Positions 56,401 through 64,000 of a stretch of 64,000 bases of DNA are shown here, piece by piece; within the stretch, counting starts at the first letter, position 1, and each line of letters starts with the position of its first letter. A program made the position numbers and the translations under genes. Source of the DNA: the human T2T-CHM13v2.0 reference genome, Homo sapiens; NCBI RefSeq assembly GCF_009914755.1, contig NC_060948.1. One strand, 5' to 3'. Under the pieces are notes generated by a model that was not told where the DNA came from, did not search any database, and saw only the letters and a program-made list of their open reading frames with translations.

Positions 56401-56995
56401 GGATTGGATGGGATTGGAATGAAATGTACTGGAAAGGACTCGAATTTCATGAAACGGAATGGAATGAATTGGAACGGAATGGACTCGAATGGAATGGAAT
56501 GTCATGGAATGGCATCAAATGGAATGGCATCAAATGGAATGGAATCGAATGCAATGGAATGCTATGGAATGGAATGGAATGCATTGGAATGGAATGTCCT
56601 CTAATGGAATGGATTCGAGTGGAATGGAATCGAATATAATGGAGTCGAATGAAATGGAATTGAAAGGAATGGGATCGAATACAATGGAATATACTGGAAT
56701 GTAATGTAATGAACTCGAATGTAATTGACTGGAATGGAATGTACATGAATGGAATGTAATCGAATGGAAAGTAATCCAATGGAATAGAATCTAATGCAAT
56801 AAAATCGACTCAGATAGAGTAGAATGTAATGGAATGGAGTGCAGTGCAATGCAATGGAATGGAATGGAATGCAATGGAATGGAATGGAATGGAATGGAAT
56901 GGAATGGGATGGAATGGTATGGAATGGATAGTAATGGACTGGAGTGAAATGGACTGGAAAGGAATGGACTCAAATTGAAAGTGCTCGAAAGGAAT
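53454..56995 (+). repeat. DYZ1 monomer 16 (3542 bp)
   Basis: Landmark recurrence; 2-bp deletion near 55481. Confidence 0.92.
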
Positions 56996-59900
56996 GGAGT
57001 CAAATGGAATGGTCTGGAATGGAATGAACACGAATGTAATGCAATCCAATAGAATGGAATCGAATGGCATGGAATATAAAGAAATGGAATCGAAGAGAAT
57101 GGAAACAAATGGAATGGAATTGAATGGAATGGAATTGAATGGAATGGGAACGAATGGAGTGAAATTGTATGCAGTAGAAGGGAATAGAATGGAATGCAAG
57201 CGAAAGGAAAGGAATGGATTGGAATGGAATGGAATTCATTGGAATGGAAGGGAATGTAGTGTAATGGACAGGTCTGGAATAAAGTGGAATGCTACGGTCT
57301 CAATGGAATTAAAATGTATGGAATGGAATGCAATGAAACGGAATCGAATGTCATAGAATGTAATGGAATGCAAAAAAATGGAATCCAAAATCATTGACTG
57401 GAAAGGCTGGGTGTCGAAAGGAATTGACTCCAATGGAATGGAATCGAATGGAATGGAAGTGAATAGAATCGAACTAAATCGAATGGAATTGAATTGATAG
57501 GAACGGAATGGAAAGGAATGCAATGATTTGGCATGGAATGGAATCGAATGGCATCGAATGGAATGGAATGGAATGCAATGGAATGGAATGTATTAGAATG
57601 TAATGAACTTTAATGGAATGTACTCGAATGGATTCGACTGGAATGGAATGTTCTGGAAGTGAATGGACTCCAATGGAATGGATTCCAAAGGAATGGAATC
57701 GTACGGAATGGAATCTAATGGAATGGAATTAAATGGAAATGAATCAAATTGAATAGCACGGAATTGAATTGAATGGAATGGAATGCAATGGAATCTAATG
57801 AAACGGAAAGGAAAGGAATGGAATGGAATGGGCTGGAATGGAAAGGAATCGAAACGAATGGAATGGAATCGAACTGAAGAGACTGGAATAGAATGCACTG
57901 GAATGGAAGGGAGTGTAATGGAAGGTTCTCGAAAAAAATGGAATCGAATGGAATGGAATTGAATGGAACGGAATAGAGTCGAATGGAATTGAATGGAATG
58001 GAATGGACTAGAGTGAAATGGAATCGAACCACAAGGAATGGACAGGAATAGAATGGTCTCGAATTGAATGGAATCGTATGGAATGGCATCAAACGGAATG
58101 GAATGGACAGCCACGGAATGGAATGCACTCGAATGCAATGGAGTCGAAACTAATGGACTGGAATAGAATGGACTCGACTGGTACGGACTCCAATGGAATG
58201 GAATCGAATGGAAGGGAATCGAACGGAATGGACTCGAAGGGAAAAGACTGCAATGGAAAGGTCTCGAATGGAATGGAAATTAATGGAATGGAATGGAATC
58301 GAATGAAATGGAGTCAAAAGGAATGGAATCGAATGGCAAGAAATCGAATGTAATGGAATCGCAAGGAATTGATGTGAACGGAACGGAATGGAATGGAATC
58401 CAAAGGAATGGAATAGAATGGAATGGAATCGAATGGAAAGGACTCGAATGGAAATCACTCGAATAGAATGCAATTTAATAAAATAGGATCAAATGTAATG
58501 GAATGGCATGGAAAGGAATCGAAACGAAAGGAATGGAGACAGATGGAATGGAATGGAACAGAGAGCAATGGTATAGAATGGAATGGAATCATCTGGAATG
58601 GAATTGAATGGAATGGAATAATATGAAATGGAATGGAATGGAATGGAATGGAATGCCCTTGAATTAAATGGACTGGAATGGAACGGACTTGAACAGAGTG
58701 GAATGGAAAGTGTTGAGATAGAATGGAATGGACTCCTTTGGAATGGTCTAGTATGCAATGCAATCGACTGGTAGGGAATCAAAAGGAATGTAATCGAATG
58801 GATTGGACTGGAATGCAATGGACTCGAATAGATTGGAAACGGAATGCAAAGGAATGGAATGGAATAGTATGGAATGGAATGGAAAGGAATGGAGTGGAAT
58901 AGACTAGAGTGGAATGGAATGGACTGGAAAGCAATGGACTGGAATGGAACTTTCTTGAATGGACTGGAATCAAACGGAATGGAATGTAATGCAATCAAAT
59001 GGCATGGAATAAAATAGAATGAAAGAGAATCAAATGGAATTGAATCGAATGGAATCGAATGGATTGGAAAGGAATAGAATGGAATGGAATGGAATTGACT
59101 CAAATGGAATGGACTAGAATGGAATGGATTCGAATGGAAGGCAAAGGAATGGAATCTATTGGAATGGACTGTAATGGAATGGAATGGAAGGGATTGGAAT
59201 GGACTCGAATGGAATGGACTGCAATAGAAAGGATTCGAATGGAATGAAAAAGAATTGAATGGAATAGAACAGAATGGAATCAAATCGAATGAAATGGAAT
59301 GGAATAGAAAGGAATGGAATGAAATGGAATGGAAAGGATTCGAATGGAATGCAATCGAATGGAATGGAATCGAACGGAATGGAATAAAATGGAAGAAAAC
59401 TGGCAAGAAATGGAATCGAAATGAATGGAGTGTTATGGAACGGACTCAAAAGGAATTGAATGTAATAGAATGGAGTGGAGTGGACTCGAATATAATGGAC
59501 TGGAATGGAATGAAATCACATGGAATGGGAACGAATGGAATGGAATGGAAAGGAATGGAATCGAATGGAAAGGAATCGAATGGAAGGGAATGAAATTGAA
59601 TCAACAGGAATGGAAGGGAATAGAATAGACGGTAATGGAATGGACTCGAATAGAATGGACACGAATGCTCAAATTGAATGGACTCGAATGGAATGGAAAC
59701 GAAAGGAATGTCATCGAATGGAATTGAATCGATTGCAATGAAATCGCATAGAATGGAGTGGAATCAAATGGAATTGAATCGAAAGGAAAGGAAGCGAATG
59801 GACTGAAATGAAATGGAATGGAATTGAATGGAAAGTAATGCAATGGAATAGAATGGAACGAAATTTCACGGAATGGAATCAAACTGAATGGAATCAAATC

Positions 59901-60548
59901 AATGGAATCAAATCAAATGGAATGGAAAGGAATTGAATGGAGTAGATTGGATTGGATGGGATTGGAATGAAATGTACTGGAAAGGACTCGAATTTCATGA
60001 AACGGAATGGAATGAATTGGAACGGAATGGACTCGAATGGAATGGAATGTCATGGAATGGCATCAAATGGAATGGCATCAAATGGAATGGAATCGAATGC
60101 AATGGAATGCTATGGAATGGAATGGAATGCATTGGAATGGAATGTCCTCTAATGGAATGGATTCGAGTGGAATGGAATCGAATATAATGGAGTCGAATGA
60201 AATGGAATTGAAAGGAATGGGATCGAATACAATGGAATATACTGGAATGTAATGTAATGAACTCGAATGTAATTGACTGGAATGGAATGTACATGAATGG
60301 AATGTAATGGAATGGAAAGTAATCCAATGGAATAGAATCTAATGCAATAAAATCGACTCAGATAGAGTAGAATGTAATGGAATGGAGTGCAGTGCAATGG
60401 AATGGAATGGAATGGAATGCAATGGAATGGAATGGAATGGAATGGAATGGAATGGAATGGGATGGAATGGTATGGAATGGATAGTAATGGACTGGAGTGA
60501 AATGGACTGGAAAGGAATGGACTCAAATTGAAAGGGCTCGAAAGGAAT
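56996..60548 (+). repeat. DYZ1 monomer 17 (3553 bp)
   Basis: Landmark recurrence; HaeIII site mutated (GGTC 57271-57274). Confidence 0.92.
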
Positions 60549-63500
60549 GGAGTCAAATGGAATGGTCTGGAATGGAATGAACACGAATGTAATGCAATCC
60601 AATAGAATGGAATCGAATGGCATGGAATATAAAGAAATGGAATCGAAGAGAATGGAAACAAATGGAATGGAATTGAATGGAATGGAATTGAATGGAATGG
60701 GAACGAATGGAGTGAAATTGTATGCAGTAGAAGGGAATAGAATGGAATGCAAGCGAAAGGAAAGGAATGGATTGGAATGGAATGGAATTCATTGGAAATG
60801 GAAGGGAATGTAGTGTAATGGACAGGCCTGGAATAAAGTGGAATGCTACGGTCTCGAATGGAATAAAAATATATGGAATGGAATGCAATGAAACGGAATA
60901 GAATGTCATAGAATGTAATGGAATGCAAAAAAATGGAATCCAAAATCATTGACTGGAAAGGCTGGGTGTCGAAAGGAATTGACTCCAATGGAATGGAATC
61001 GAATGGAATGGAAGTGAATAGAATCGAACTAAATCGAATGGAATGGAATTGATAGGAACGGAATGGAAAGGAATGCAATGATTTGGCATGGAATGGAATC
61101 TAATGGCATCGAATGGAATGGAATGGAATGCAATGGAATGGAATGTATTAGAATGTAATGAACTTTAATGGAATGTACTCGAATGGATTCGACTGGAATG
61201 GAATGTTCTGGAAGTGAATGGACTCCAATGGAATGGATTCGAAAGGAATGGAATCGAACGGAATGGAATCTAATGGAATGGAATTAAATGGAAATGAATC
61301 AAATTGAATAGCACGGAATTGAATTGAATGGAATCGAATGCAATGGAATCTAATGAAACGGAAAGGAATGGAATGGAATGGAATGGAATGGAATGGGCTG
61401 GAATGGAAAGGAATCGAAACGAATGGAATGGAATCGAACTGAAGAGACTGGAATGGAATGCACTGGAATGGAAGGGAGTGTAATGGAAGGTTCTCGAAAA
61501 AAATGGAATCGAATGGAATGGAATTGAATGGAACGGAATAGAGTCGAATGGAATTGAATGGAATGGAATGGACTAGAGTGAAATGGAATCGAACCACAAG
61601 GAATGGACAGGAATAGAATGGTCTCGAATTGAATGGAATCGTATGGAATGGCATCAAACGGAATGGAATGGACAGCCACGGAATGGAATGCACTCGAATT
61701 CAATGGAGTCGAAACTAATGGACTGGAATAGAATGGACTCGACTGGTACGGACTCCAATGGAATGGAATTGAATGGAAGGGAATCGAACGGAATGGACTC
61801 GAAGGGAAAAGACTGCAATGGAAAGGTCTCGAATGGAATGGAAATTAATGGAATGGAATGGAATCGAATGAAATGGAGTCAAAAGGAATGGAATCGAATG
61901 GCAAGAAATCGAATGTAATGGAATCGCAAGGAATTGATGTGAACGGAACGGAATGGAATGGAATCCAAAGGAATGGAATATAATGGAATGGAATCGAACG
62001 GAAAGGACTCGAATGGAAATCACTCGAATAGAATGCAATTTAATGAAATAGGATCAAATGTAATGGAATGGAATGGAAAGGAATCGAAACGAAAGGAATG
62101 GAGACAGATGGAATGGAATGGAACAGAGAGCAATGGTATAGAATGGAATGGAATCATCTGGAATGGAATTGAATGGAATGGAATAATATGAAATGGAATG
62201 GAATGGAATGGAATGGAATGCCCTTGAATTAAATGGACTGGACTCGAACAGAGTGGAATGGAAAGTGTTGAGATAGAATGGAATGGACTCCTTTGGAATG
62301 GTGTAGTATGCAATGCAATCGACTGGCATGGAATCAAAAGGAATGTAATGGAATGGATTGGACTGGAATGCAATGGACTCGAATAGATTGGAAACGGAAT
62401 GCAAAGGAATGGAATGGAATAGTATGGAATTTAATGGAAAGGAATGGAGTTGAATAGACTAGAGTGGAATGGAAAGGACTGGAAAGCAATGGACTGGAAT
62501 GGAACTTTCTTGAATGGACTGGAATCAAACGGAATGGAATGCAATGCAATCAAATGGCATGGAATAAAATAGAATTAAAGAGTCAAATGGAATTGAATCG
62601 AATGGAATCGAATGGATTGGAAAGGAATAGAATGGAATGGAATGGAATTGACTCAAATGGAATGGACTAGAATGGAATGGATTCGAATGGAAGGCAAAGG
62701 AATGGAATCTATTGGAATGGACTGTAATGGAATGGAATGGAAGGGATTGGAATGGACTCGAATGGAATGGACTGCAATAGAAAGGATTCGAATGGAATGA
62801 AAAAGAATTGAATGGAATAGAACAGAATGGAATCAAATCGAATGAAATGGAATGGAATAGAAAGGAATGGAATGAAATGGAATGGAAAGGATTCGAATGG
62901 AATGCAATCGAATGGAATGGAATCGAACGGAATGGAATAAAATGGAAGAAAACTGGCAAGAAATGGAATCGAAATGACTGGAGTGTTATGGAAGGGACTC
63001 AAAAGGAATTGAATGTAATAGAATGGAGTGGAGTGGACTCGAATATAATGGACTGGAATGGAATGAAATCACATGGAATGGGAACGAATGGAATGGAATG
63101 GAAAGGAATGGAATCGAATGGAAAGGAATCGAATGGAAGGGAATGAAATTGAATCAACAGGAATGGAAGGGAATAGAATAGACGGTAATGGAATGGACTC
63201 GAATAGAATGGACACGAATGCTCAAATTGAATGGACTCGAATGGAATGGAAACGAAAGGAATGTCATCGAATGGAATTGAATCGATTGGAATGAAATCGC
63301 ATAGAATGGAGTGGAATCAAATGGAATTGAATCGAAAGGAAAGGAAGCGAGTGGACTGAAATGAAATGGAATGGAATTGAATGGAAAGTAATGCAATGGA
63401 ATAGAATGGAACGAAATTTCACGGAATGGAATCAAACTGAATGGAATCAAATCAATGGAATCAAATCAAATGGAATGGAAAGGAATTGAATGGAGTAGAT

Positions 63501-64000
63501 TGGATTGGATGGGATTGGAATGAAATGTACTGGAAAGGACTCGAATTTCATGAAACGGAATGGAATGAATTGGAACGGAATGGACTCGAATGGAATGGAA
63601 TGTCATGGAATGGCATCAAATGGAATGGCATCAAATGGAATGGAATCGAATGCAATGGAATGCTATGGAATGGAATGGAATGCATTGGAATGGAATGTCC
63701 TCTAATGGAATGGATTCGAGTGGAATGGAATCGAATATAATGGAGTCGAATGAAATGGAATTGAAAGGAATGGGATCGAATACAATGGAATATACTGGAA
63801 TGTAATGTAATGAACTCGAATGTAATTGACAGGAATGGAATGTACATGAATGGAATGTAATCGAATGGAAAGTAATCCAATGGAATAGAATCTAATGCAA
63901 TAAAATCGACTCAGATAGAGTAGAATGTAATGGAATGGAGTGCAGTGCAATGCAATGGAATGGAATGGAATGCAATGGAATGGAATGGAATGGAATGGAA
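60549..64000 (+). repeat. DYZ1 monomer 18 (partial, 3452 bp)
   Basis: Landmark recurrence; truncated by the window end within the terminal GGAAT run. Confidence 0.92.

Larger units (their letters stand above)
1..64000 (+). repeat. DYZ1: Human satellite III (HSat3) DYZ1 tandem array, GGAAT strand, ~18 monomers of ~3.56 kb; continues beyond both window edges
   Basis: Continuous degenerate GGAAT pentamers (variants CGAAT, GGACT, GCAAT, TGAAT, AGAAT). Unique landmarks such as GGACAGGCCTGG, GGCTGGGTGTCG and GACAGCCACGG recur every ~3.56 kb. The first period is exactly 3564 bp, the published DYZ1 unit length, with single EcoRI (237-242) and HaeIII (276-279) sites. Confidence 0.96.

Noticed and set aside
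5-63950. Hundreds of ORFs in the six-frame track (MEWNG- and FHSIP-rich)
   Set aside because: They are translations of (GGAAT)n and (ATTCC)n, which lack stop codons. They overlap in all frames, repeat with the monomer, are freely frameshifted between copies and resemble no protein domain.
1-64000. CRISPR-like repeat-spacer array or other prokaryotic system
   Set aside because: There are no unique spacers, leader or cas genes; the variable segments are degenerate pentamers repeated in every monomer.
1-64000. DYZ2/HSat1B, Alu or L1 interruption, or a strand inversion
   Set aside because: No AT-rich or Alu-like block and no switch to CATTC on the + strand anywhere in the window.
1-64000. HSat2 or an autosomal HSat3 array
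   Set aside because: The 3564-bp period with single EcoRI and HaeIII sites fits DYZ1, and the sequence is not dominated by the CATTCGATTC/ATCATC-type pattern of HSat2. Chromosomal origin is inferred, not mapped.

Overview
The whole window is one uninterrupted, same-orientation tandem array of human satellite III built from degenerate (GGAAT)n/(CATTC)n pentamers. It is organised as ~3.56 kb monomers: 17 complete copies of 3538-3579 bp plus one partial. Each monomer typically carries one EcoRI and one HaeIII/StuI site. The period, landmarks and sequence match the Y-chromosome DYZ1 family (HSat3, Yq12 heterochromatin), here with the GGAAT strand as +. I see no genes, RNA genes, transposons, CRISPR arrays, DYZ2/Alu blocks or inversions, and all ORFs in the track are translations of the pentamer. 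Three kinds of structure are worth attention. (1) Shared indels and SNVs define a ~10.7 kb three-monomer super-period over about monomers 2-13, overlaid by recent monomer and dimer duplications and chimeric monomers. (2) Each monomer has three positions with a perfect nGAAnnTTCnnGAAn heat-shock element, and some monomer lineages have lost one. (3) Four fixed register breaks in the 5-bp phase are conserved in the monomers. All comparisons were made by eye, so variant lists may be incomplete.
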